Of a DNA stretch of 64,000 nucleotides, positions 56,494-64,000 are shown piece after piece (the first letter of the stretch is position 1; every line of letters starts with the position of its first letter). Source of the DNA: Verrucomicrobiia bacterium (GTDB lineage: Bacteria > Verrucomicrobiota > Verrucomicrobiia > Palsa-1439); contig DATJBF010000005.1 of the NCBI GenBank assembly GCA_035515475.1, positions 41,420-105,419 of the forward strand. The letters are read 5' to 3'. Both the position numbers and the translations under genes were made by a program. The notes beneath the pieces were generated by a model. The model saw nothing but the letters and a program-made list of their open reading frames with translations, ran no database searches and was not told where the DNA came from.

Positions 56494-58011
56494 TCATTGG
56501 TCGCGGTTGTTGCCTGTTTCAGACTCTCTCCTGATTCGGACCAGAATCTGATCTGTGCCGCTCACGGGGACATCGTCTGATATCAGGTTGACCGCCAGCT
56601 TTGAATCGACAGCGTCGCCCAGGCCCTCGCGCAGTATGACAACAGTCGCTTTTCCAGAACTGCTGCCCTGCGGAATCGTCAGGGGATTGGGCATCACAAA
56701 AACGTTTCGCCCCGGAACGAGGTCGCCCTGTTCGGGTAGTGCCAGCACTACGGACAGATCTCGTGGCGCAACACTATTCAACTTCACTGCAAGATCGATT
56801 GCCCGAGTGCGTTCATTCGATCTGAGAACCACATCCTTCGCCGGCGGCTCCTGAAAGGATACGGAAAGACCTTTCGTTTCCTCCGGGTTGTGCCTGCCGG
56901 TTAACCGAGAATCAGGTCGCGCACCCGAATTGCCCGGCAGGCATCTGGATCTGGTTGGGGCGTCAACGATGCTTTCGAGCACTTTATTGGGGAGATACTC
57001 GAACGTGTTTTTGTTGAACGCAATGAGCGCGTCAAAGGCTCGCCGTCTGTCGTACGGGACAAAGTCGTCCTTCAAGTTCCCAGCGCGCGCCGACTGGATC
57101 TCAGCCATCAGGACGTCAGTCCCCGAATCAAAACTGAAGTCGGCGAACGACACCGTTTTCCGCAGGCCGGAATTCAGTGCTCGATAATGAATCCGGTGAT
57201 TGCGAGGATCGTAGACCACCTGATACTGTGAATTGCTCTGTCGTACGTCGTCCAGAATGTTGAAGCCGTAGTCCACGAGCGAATCACCCGACACATTCAA
57301 GCGGTCGGTTTTCTCGGCCACGTGGAGAAACCTGCAACAGGAACTGGTCACGCGGTAGGGAGCCCGTTTCTCCACCGGCAGTCGCTTCTGCTCCGTCAGA
57401 TAAGCCAACAGATGCTCGTAGGTATCGTTTGTCAGGACAGCATAGGGCAACGCATCGCCCGTGTAGGTTTTGCAGTGGCTATCGACGTACTCAACAACCA
57501 TCGACGCACCAGAGCTGTCGCATAACAAAAAGTGGCTGTCGCCAATACTTCGGCTGGAAATGCGTATGTGCTTCATGCTCTCCAGCACGTCATGGAGCGT
57601 CGCCGAGTTGTCCAATTGGTACTGAATCCATCCGTTCTCGTCGATGGGGAGGCGGTCGTCGGGTTTCGGAAACCTGGTCTCATCCAAACCGAGCGAAAGG
57701 ACGACCAGGCCGGCTTCGTTCATCCCGTCATGGGGCCAGTCCCGCCCCACCAGATTGAAGGTGATACTGCCGTATTTCGACACCCACCGAGCAGGCTTCT
57801 CGGCATAGAGGAGAAACCGCTCGCGCTCGACATTCCGCTTGTTCACGTAGATGTGTCCGGCTCCGAACTGAAAATCAAAGCTAAAGCACACGACGTGACC
57901 ATTCGTTCCGACCATGGAGAATGCCGTGCAAGCAAATGTGCTCTGTCGAGCTGAGGCGATCAGGACAGCGAAGCCCAATAATTTAGCGAAGGTTCTCATC
58001 CTGGTCCGCAT
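56494..58011 (-). CDS. Ntn-hydrolase of the choloylglycine hydrolase/penicillin V acylase (linear amide C-N hydrolase) family with C-terminal extension
   Basis: Signal peptide ending ...QSTFA followed by nucleophile Cys (CTAFSMVG) and conserved MNEAGL motif; about 170-aa extra C-terminal domain; GC lower than background. Confidence 0.7.
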   Translation of the reverse strand: MRTRMRTFAKLLGFAVLIASARQSTFACTAFSMVGTNGHVVCFSFDFQFGAGHIYVNKRNVERERFLLYAEKPARWVSKYGSITFNLVGRDWPHDGMNEAGLVVLSLGLDETRFPKPDDRLPIDENGWIQYQLDNSATLHDVLESMKHIRISSRSIGDSHFLLCDSSGASMVVEYVDSHCKTYTGDALPYAVLTNDTYEHLLAYLTEQKRLPVEKRAPYRVTSSCCRFLHVAEKTDRLNVSGDSLVDYGFNILDDVRQSNSQYQVVYDPRNHRIHYRALNSGLRKTVSFADFSFDSGTDVLMAEIQSARAGNLKDDFVPYDRRRAFDALIAFNKNTFEYLPNKVLESIVDAPTRSRCLPGNSGARPDSRLTGRHNPEETKGLSVSFQEPPAKDVVLRSNERTRAIDLAVKLNSVAPRDLSVVLALPEQGDLVPGRNVFVMPNPLTIPQGSSSGKATVVILREGLGDAVDSKLAVNLISDDVPVSGTDQILVRIRRESETGNNRDQ

Positions 58012-58171
58012 CACCAAATCGTCTTGTCCCATCGCGCCCATTGCAGCATAAAGACGAACCAGCGGCTGGAACGGATACTGGCAAAGTGCGCGGACATGGG
58101 CAAGGGAATTGGAGTTGTCAGCGGTCAGCTATCAGCTTTCGGCGGTCAGCCACCAACGATCGAGTCCGGCC

Positions 58172-58313
58172 GGCGAAGCCGAGATCACCATCGCCGGCAA
58201 ACGGCACCGCGTTCCGACGGGAGAGCTGATCGTGATGCCCGCGAACCGTCCCCACGCCCTGAAAGCCGTCCACCGCTTCAAAATGATGCTCATCATGTTC
58301 CGGTCGTGAGGAG
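58172..58313 (+). pseudogene. 5'-truncated paralogous copy of the cupin gene 3' end
   Basis: 142 bp about 90% identical to 56322..56463. It encodes EAEITIAGKRHRVPTGELIVMPANRPHALKAVHRFKMMLIMFRS versus EAEITIAGKRHRVSAGELILMPANRPHALKAVHRFKMMLVMIRS. Upstream sequence is unrelated, and similarity ends exactly at the stop codon. Confidence 0.6.
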
Positions 58314-58439
58314 ACGGTAGTCCACGAAAACCTTCGGGGTGGACACTGGGTTGCCGGCTAACAGAAGATTGTGTCAAACGCGAGTTCGCGCTGTAACGCG
58401 GGTGGTTCGCGGATGCGTAAGCGAGACCCTAAAGCTGCG

Positions 58440-60200
58440 TTACCGGCCCCAAGGCAGATTGGTCCTCCACGCATCAGTTTTTCTCAAGGATGCGCGCCTA
58501 CTGATTACGCGTTGCCAATCGCTGTTGTCTTGTTTCGAGGCGTAGATGATGTCCACTGCGTTCGGTGCGTCCACTGATTCAACTTGGGCCATCGTGACCG
58601 CCTGCTTCTGGCCTTGAGCCGTTTCGGCGATTACTTTGGCCGCAAATGGTTGTATCGTCATACCTACATCGGCAGGGAGCACGGGGAGACCGAGTTCCTT
58701 TGACAGAGACGCTGCCAGTACAATCCTTTTGCTTTTTAGCTCGTACCCCATCTCAGATATAAGTATCCCACTCGGCGAGAGTTCTTTCGCTAAGTAACCA
58801 ACCCCCAATATGCCGAGGTGATTTCCATATCGACATTCCCGAGGCGGAAGATCCGCGGGGATCTTCCCGAGGATTCTACGGAAATACAGAAGCGCATCTA
58901 ACTCGCTTTCTGTTGTGCCACCAACGTTGCATAGGGCGACAAGTCGGGCGGGATGGTCTCGCTTGACCACACTCCTGTAAGCATCGAGAACCCCTTCGTC
59001 TAGCGCCGTATCAGAAGTATACAGCAGAGCCCCCTTCTGTCTCCCGCTGCGCCGCACAAAGAAAAGGCCAAACCCCATGTTCCTGCCAATGCAGTCACGA
59101 TGAACAGTGGGCAACGCTGTCACGACAATGCCGTTTGAAAGTGGCCACTTGTCACCAGGACGCACAATCTTCAGCTCAAGATAATCCGAACTTGCACCCA
59201 AGTTGATCACTCCCGATAGATAGGTGTAGGCAGACAAGCTCAGGGTCAGTCGTACTCGCCTCTGTCCGTCTCCACGCCCAGGCTCGGCCCGTAAAGTGAA
59301 AGCGGAGCGGGAATGTGAAGTGCGCGGACCGACGTGGCGCTGCTCATAAACGGCGGTTAGCAGGTTAGGGCAGTCGGCCAAGTGGTCCGGATGCGCATGA
59401 GTAATGATGATTTCTTGGATCATATCCAATGATAGATCTGACTTCAGGAATGTTCTTGTGAAGTCGAAACCTGGATCGACAACTACGCCCTCTGTGCCCG
59501 TCCAGAGAAACAGGCCTCCTCCGTAATCCGATTCCACATTGAATATTGGGGAGAATGAATTGAACCGCTTCAGATGGAAAAGGGTCGGAGCTGTCGGCCT
59601 AATCTCCTTGGGGGTCGGCTTGTTTGCACTGAGTAGTTGATTCTCCTCTTCGTTTCTTGCCTCTACAATGCCAAGCCCCAATTCGGTCAATACCTCAAAA
59701 CCGTATGTGTCTCCTCGGTACACCTTCAGCGCATCACGCCAAAATGGGGGCGGCTGTAGATTTTCGAAGTCGGACGGCCGCAACTGGCAGTGTCTGCAAC
59801 CGTTCTGTCCAAGAGCGTAATACACGTTAGCAGCCAATGGATTGTCAAAACGGGTATCCAGTAGGCTGGCGACTTTCAGGCTGACGGCACGGCATGTACT
59901 AATCGACTCTCGGAACTCGCGCACCAAAGCGAGAAAGGTAGATTCTTCCCCCTTTTCCCCGGCTTCGATCAATGCAGTGAGTTTGAGCAGAGGAACAACG
60001 GCAGCCCCAAGGGGTGGCAGATGTACTGGATGCTTCGCACTCGACCCGGTGTGTAGTTGAAGGCAAGTGTTATATGCCCATTCGAAACGATCATCGGCCT
60101 TGGTCACGCCGTCAACGAAGGCATGGTACTGCTCACGTGAGACGAGTCCTTGCTTGTGCAGATGTTCGATTGTCTCCAAGTACTGCTGTGCGGTTAACAT
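58440..60200 (-). CDS. metallo-beta-lactamase-fold hydrolase with about 250-aa N-terminal domain of unknown function
   Basis: MBL motifs (GGGLFLWTGTEGVVVDPG, IIITHAHPDHLADCP HxHxDH, later His/Asp ligands). Probable start MLTAQQYLETIEHL at about 60200, giving a 58-bp spacer to the upstream gene; GC about 50%. Confidence 0.7.
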   Translation of the reverse strand: MLTAQQYLETIEHLHKQGLVSREQYHAFVDGVTKADDRFEWAYNTCLQLHTGSSAKHPVHLPPLGAAVVPLLKLTALIEAGEKGEESTFLALVREFRESISTCRAVSLKVASLLDTRFDNPLAANVYYALGQNGCRHCQLRPSDFENLQPPPFWRDALKVYRGDTYGFEVLTELGLGIVEARNEEENQLLSANKPTPKEIRPTAPTLFHLKRFNSFSPIFNVESDYGGGLFLWTGTEGVVVDPGFDFTRTFLKSDLSLDMIQEIIITHAHPDHLADCPNLLTAVYEQRHVGPRTSHSRSAFTLRAEPGRGDGQRRVRLTLSLSAYTYLSGVINLGASSDYLELKIVRPGDKWPLSNGIVVTALPTVHRDCIGRNMGFGLFFVRRSGRQKGALLYTSDTALDEGVLDAYRSVVKRDHPARLVALCNVGGTTESELDALLYFRRILGKIPADLPPRECRYGNHLGILGVGYLAKELSPSGILISEMGYELKSKRIVLAASLSKELGLPVLPADVGMTIQPFAAKVIAETAQGQKQAVTMAQVESVDAPNAVDIIYASKQDNSDWQRVISRRASLRKTDAWRTNLPWGR

Positions 60201-60258
60201 ACCGCATATATACCGGACTAAGGCACACTCCAGTAAATCGCACGGGCTATCTTCCACC

Positions 60259-62907
60259 TTACGGTCCCTCGATATCTTGAAGTTCAAAATAGACACGACA
60301 AAGCTCTTCGTGGATCTGTTCCAATGGACATATCTTGCTGTAGTGGAGGATGCCTTCCTCGCTAGCGTTTGCGCGTTCCAGCGCCAAATCGCCTTGAACA
60401 TACTGTAGGAACCGAGACACGATTTCCGTGAGTTCCGATTTCGTTGGATCAGGGACGCGCGGATAGCACACCGGGTCAGAAAAAGGAGCAGGGACAAAAC
60501 ACATGAAGTACATTAGTTCCACATAACTGATACGGCTGCTCAGTTCTGTCAGATAGAAAGTCCCGCGGTGCCTAATCGATATCGCTGCCTGGCTTCCTTC
60601 TGTCAACTCGTCGCTTTCCGGCGTTACCTGCGTGAGTCGCGCGGCATTGAGATGCGCAATGGCCGTCCTGATGTCTGTCTTAATGTAACCGAGCCCGAAC
60701 AGATAATCATAAACTTCTGAAACGGACGTGCGCCGCACCTTCCTAAGAATCTCTAGGATCCTAATGGATAGCAACGTGGTCGCGTACCCTTGTACGCCTG
60801 GGACGTGAAACAAATTGACCAAGCTTTGAGGCAGCCGTTGCGGACTCTCCCGGGACAGGAAGAGAGCACGGAAAAGCATATGTTCCGCGATGAAGTTGTG
60901 GCGGAAGGTCTTCGATCGCCAAACTAAACTCTCTGGTGTTCGCTTCATCATGTCCACATAGGGGGAAGATATCAAGTGCGAGAACAATTCAAGGCCAGCA
61001 CGGATGTTGGTGCCTGTGAATCCATCAATGAGGCTGGCTAGGGTAGTTACGGGTCGTTTGCTCTTGGAAGTGCCTACCGGCAGTGAGAGCAGCGAGCGAA
61101 GCTTTGCGAAAGTGGGCATGTATTTCCGACCTCCGCACTCTGCTTGGATGACGTCAATCCTCTTTTCGACTATGCTGCGCAAACTAACCTTCTTCAGCCA
61201 CGTCCGGCTGAACGTATTGTATTCACCATTATCCTGTATGAACAGGGACCTCTCAGGATGTAGACCAATCTTGTCCGCAAAGAGGTCGAACGACGAAGGC
61301 CGACAGGCAACGACGAATTTCAGTCTCTCGTATTGCGTTGCAAACGCACGATGCAGGGCCTCAAGTAGAAGACGCTCGGAATTCCGACTCGCAAGCCGGT
61401 CGATGTTATCAAGGCAGAGAACGAGCCTGCCGTATTTCTCAATACATGCATCAACGAAGCTTCTAACAAAAGTCACCACTTCCGAGTCGAGCATGGCATG
61501 TCGTCGACTGAGGTAGCGACTAAGGTAGACGGACTTCCAGTCCTGCAACCCTTCACGAATGAGATCACCATCCAAATAGGGTACTGCGGGCTCGGTGGAC
61601 GGAAAGGCGCGTTCAGCTATCCAGTCAGCCACGTATCGAATTGGTTTGCCCGGCTGATCTGAGTTGATTTGCAGCCACACGTGGCGAAACCATTCCCAAG
61701 GTCTCTCTCGGAGGCACTGCTCACAGGCGTCAAACGCCATTCTCTCGTTCTCGCAGACACGCCGACTAATCGACTCGGCTAGCTTCAACAATCCAGGCTC
61801 TCCGAGCCTCAACATTATCTCGCGGCGCAACTCATTAGAGACCACATCCTCAAACAGAATGTTTCGCTGCTGTTCAAAATACCACATGGCGCTTCGGAAG
61901 TATCCATGTGGATTCAGATCGCAATATTTCTGAGAAAGTTCTGTCGGCAGTGGACCGGTGTAATGAGCGTCGATATACAACCGAAGGTTTCTCAGTATCC
62001 TTGAGTGTAAGTTGCTGCTGTCTTCGATATAGCCATAGCGCAGAAAATCGACGATGATGTATGGGATATGGCGTTTTCTGAAAGGATCATAGCTACGGCA
62101 GTAGTAATGGAGAAACGAACTCTTCCCGCAACCCCTGCGACCGACTACAAGGTATGTCATCCTAGCATCGTCGGCGTTTAACTCCTTATCGAACACGTTA
62201 ATACTGTCCAGATACCGGTGCGCTGGATCGACGACTCTGTCTGCCTCATCCTCAAAGTTTTCAAGGTAAGCGGGCTCATACGGAACATGCGCGGCTTCAA
62301 ACTTCTTGGTGTTCTCGAGCAGTGCGGCCGTAGGCAACTTGTTTGCAGTGAGAACCAGAATCTGGTCGATATCCCTTCTGACGACCCCATGGTCATACAA
62401 TTCGCAGATTTGTGTTCGCGGGGCTTTTGCAAAGCGAGTTATGTCCAGCAGTTCCTCAACGAGTCTACGGAAGTTAACTTCACTCGATACGACGTACTGA
62501 AGAGTTGTTAGACGGAAACGACTCGACCTCTTGAGCCCGAGATTCCAATCTTCCTTCGCAGATGAAATCAGAAGTACCTTGCGAACGTTACTACCCGACG
62601 ACTCGATTGCACCAGCCCACTCATCGGCGGAATCAATCTGTGCAATCGGACACCCCTGCACCAGCAAGAGGTCGTAGGTCCCTAGCGACAACGTCCGTTC
62701 AAACTGGCCGAGATGTCGCAACCATGTGAGAAAAATATCCCCTGTGTTCATTTCGGCTTGCTGCTTTGCGACAACAGCCGTTTGGACGTCGCGGGTACCA
62801 AGCCATTGGAATCGGAGGGCGGTCATTTGCAGCGCCTCATGTTCAAGGCCTGCTACGAGTATCCTCTTTGTTAAGGTGGGACGATCAGGGTCAGTCTTCA
62901 CACTCAT
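60259..62907 (-). CDS. large P-loop NTPase (882 aa) with N-terminal Rossmann/receiver-like domain and long helical insert; STAND/KAP-like, family unassigned
   Basis: Walker A LVVGRRGCGKSSFL. Candidate Walker B LVLCLDNIDRL lies about 220 aa downstream (alternative NILFEDVV). N-terminal about 200 aa have beta-alpha-beta pattern (RILVAG, DLLLVQG, KVLLISSAKED) without receiver Asp pocket. Low GC (about 48-50%). Confidence 0.7.
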   Translation of the reverse strand: MSVKTDPDRPTLTKRILVAGLEHEALQMTALRFQWLGTRDVQTAVVAKQQAEMNTGDIFLTWLRHLGQFERTLSLGTYDLLLVQGCPIAQIDSADEWAGAIESSGSNVRKVLLISSAKEDWNLGLKRSSRFRLTTLQYVVSSEVNFRRLVEELLDITRFAKAPRTQICELYDHGVVRRDIDQILVLTANKLPTAALLENTKKFEAAHVPYEPAYLENFEDEADRVVDPAHRYLDSINVFDKELNADDARMTYLVVGRRGCGKSSFLHYYCRSYDPFRKRHIPYIIVDFLRYGYIEDSSNLHSRILRNLRLYIDAHYTGPLPTELSQKYCDLNPHGYFRSAMWYFEQQRNILFEDVVSNELRREIMLRLGEPGLLKLAESISRRVCENERMAFDACEQCLRERPWEWFRHVWLQINSDQPGKPIRYVADWIAERAFPSTEPAVPYLDGDLIREGLQDWKSVYLSRYLSRRHAMLDSEVVTFVRSFVDACIEKYGRLVLCLDNIDRLASRNSERLLLEALHRAFATQYERLKFVVACRPSSFDLFADKIGLHPERSLFIQDNGEYNTFSRTWLKKVSLRSIVEKRIDVIQAECGGRKYMPTFAKLRSLLSLPVGTSKSKRPVTTLASLIDGFTGTNIRAGLELFSHLISSPYVDMMKRTPESLVWRSKTFRHNFIAEHMLFRALFLSRESPQRLPQSLVNLFHVPGVQGYATTLLSIRILEILRKVRRTSVSEVYDYLFGLGYIKTDIRTAIAHLNAARLTQVTPESDELTEGSQAAISIRHRGTFYLTELSSRISYVELMYFMCFVPAPFSDPVCYPRVPDPTKSELTEIVSRFLQYVQGDLALERANASEEGILHYSKICPLEQIHEELCRVYFELQDIEGP

Positions 62908-63207
62908 TTCGCCTCCAAGGCGCTACTTCAACGCCGCATTTAGCTTCGCCCTCTGTAACAGACAGGAGATTGCTTCTCCTCACCTCTGCCAAGTTGCTGA
63001 AGGGAGCATCCGACAGTGCTTCTCGTGAAATGAAACGAGGTCATAGAATGTTGCAGATAAAGTCAAAGTCAAGCTTTAACAGCTGCGAGCTCACAGTCAA
63101 AGCGATTCCGTCTTGCTAGGGTTTCAGAATTCACCGACGGCACTGGCGCCATTCTCGCTGGCGATGCGGGTGGGGAATGTGATACAACATCGGGGCGACG
63201 GGGAAGA

Positions 63208-64000
63208 ATGATGAGCGGGAAGAGAAGGTTGTTTACCACTACTGGTGTCGCTGCAATCGCGGCATTCATGATCCTCGCTGCCCCTTGCGTGGGGCAACAG
63301 TCGCCCGAGAAACAGGCTGCCGCACCGTCGGCGTCAAAGCGCGTCCGCGAGCCGGCGGTCGCCGGGCTGTTCTACCCGAAAGATCCAGCCACGCTGTCGC
63401 ACATGCTCGATGCGTTGCTGGCGAACGCGACGCCCCACACAATCGACGGCGAACTCCGCGCGTTGGTTTGCCCGCATGCCGGGTATCCGTACTCGGGGCC
63501 GGTCGCGGCGACGGCGTACCGGCTGTTGTCGGGTCACAATTTCCAGACCGTCGTGCTCCTGGCGGTGAGCCATTACGCCGGTTTTGCCGGGGCGTCGGTC
63601 GCCAACGCCGATGTGTACCGCACACCGCTCGGGGACGTGCCGGTCTCACCGAAAGCCCGGGAACTGGCGAAGACCAGTCCGTTCATGCTCGAACCGCGCT
63701 GCTTCGTGCAGCGACCGTCTTGGTTCTCACAAGCGTCGCACGCCGTGCCGCCCGATGGCGCGGACACGCCGGAGACGTGGGAACATTCCGGCGAGGTACA
63801 GGTGCCATTTCTCCAAAAGACGCTGAAGAATTTCGAGCTTGTGCCGGTCGTCACCGGCGAGGCCGACCCCGAACTGATGGCGCGCGCGCTTGCCCCGCTG
63901 GTGGACGACAAGACGTTGGTCGTGGCGAGCACGGACCTGAGCCATTACCACCCGTACGACGAGGCACGCGCCAGGGACAAGGTCACCACCGATGCGATCG
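63208..64000 (+). CDS. MEMO1-family protein (AmmeMemoRadiSam system protein B-like), partial, continues past window end
   Basis: ATG 63208 then signal-like N-terminus and GLFYPKDPATLSHMLDALL...LVCPHAGYPYSGPVAATAYRLL...VVLLAVSHY...VVASTDLSHYHPYDEA motifs typical of MEMO1/AmmeMemoRadiSam B. No stop in the window, so it is absent from the ORF track. Confidence 0.75.
   Translation, partial: MMSGKRRLFTTTGVAAIAAFMILAAPCVGQQSPEKQAAAPSASKRVREPAVAGLFYPKDPATLSHMLDALLANATPHTIDGELRALVCPHAGYPYSGPVAATAYRLLSGHNFQTVVLLAVSHYAGFAGASVANADVYRTPLGDVPVSPKARELAKTSPFMLEPRCFVQRPSWFSQASHAVPPDGADTPETWEHSGEVQVPFLQKTLKNFELVPVVTGEADPELMARALAPLVDDKTLVVASTDLSHYHPYDEARARDKVTTDAI

Overview
This is a GC-rich (about 65%) bacterial chromosomal segment with dense coding on both strands. 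The first 24 kb is mostly housekeeping: a partial lipase-like hydrolase, a TolB-like propeller, uvrA, a hybrid histidine kinase with a response regulator, an MsbA-like ABC exporter, DUF4197- and DUF481-like envelope proteins, mscL with an unusual C-terminal zinc ribbon, acs, nfo, an HtrA/DegP protease, nadA, an Lrp/AsnC regulator, tRNA-Pro(GGG), a Ser/Thr kinase carrying an extracytoplasmic CBM48-like domain, yggS and proC. Positions 24-31 kb hold two radical-SAM/SPASM enzymes that look like AhbD and AhbC of the alternative (siroheme-dependent) heme pathway, a third non-canonical radical SAM gene translationally coupled to the AhbD-like one, a Cys-rich AraC regulator and a methyltransferase. 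Positions 31-55 kb are a single minus-strand 'cytochrome island' carrying at least 57 CxxCH motifs. Read in transcription order it contains hemA, a HemX/CcsA-like gene, a CbcL-like fusion of an 11-heme c-type cytochrome to a diheme b domain, an octaheme cytochrome, an NrfC-like Tat Fe-S protein, an NrfD-like membrane subunit, a sensor kinase with a periplasmic CxxCH motif, and a sigma-54 NtrC-type regulator. These are followed by a 9-heme cell-surface cytochrome, an octaheme periplasmic cytochrome and a roughly 670-aa outer-membrane barrel in MtrC-MtrA-MtrB order. The island also holds ResB, an ORF6N gene carrying palindromic repeats, a tetraheme cytochrome, a Rieske/cytochrome b/9-heme bc-type complex, a 7-heme ImcH-like NapC/NirT protein and a fused AhbA/AhbB siroheme decarboxylase. 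Together this reads as a complete, sigma-54-regulated quinol-to-extracellular-acceptor electron conduit of the metal-reducer type; the gene content is Geobacter-like, though that is only an inference about the organism. From 56.5 to 63.1 kb the GC content drops to roughly 50-55% and the genes look acquired. This stretch carries an Ntn-hydrolase, a 5'-truncated duplicate of the neighbouring cupin gene (142-bp diverged direct repeat), and a two-gene operon of an 882-aa P-loop NTPase and a roughly 586-aa MBL-fold hydrolase. I could not assign the pair to any described system; it is a candidate novel defence-like module. The window ends inside a MEMO1-like (AmmeMemoRadiSam B) gene. No CRISPR array, transposase or integrase was seen.
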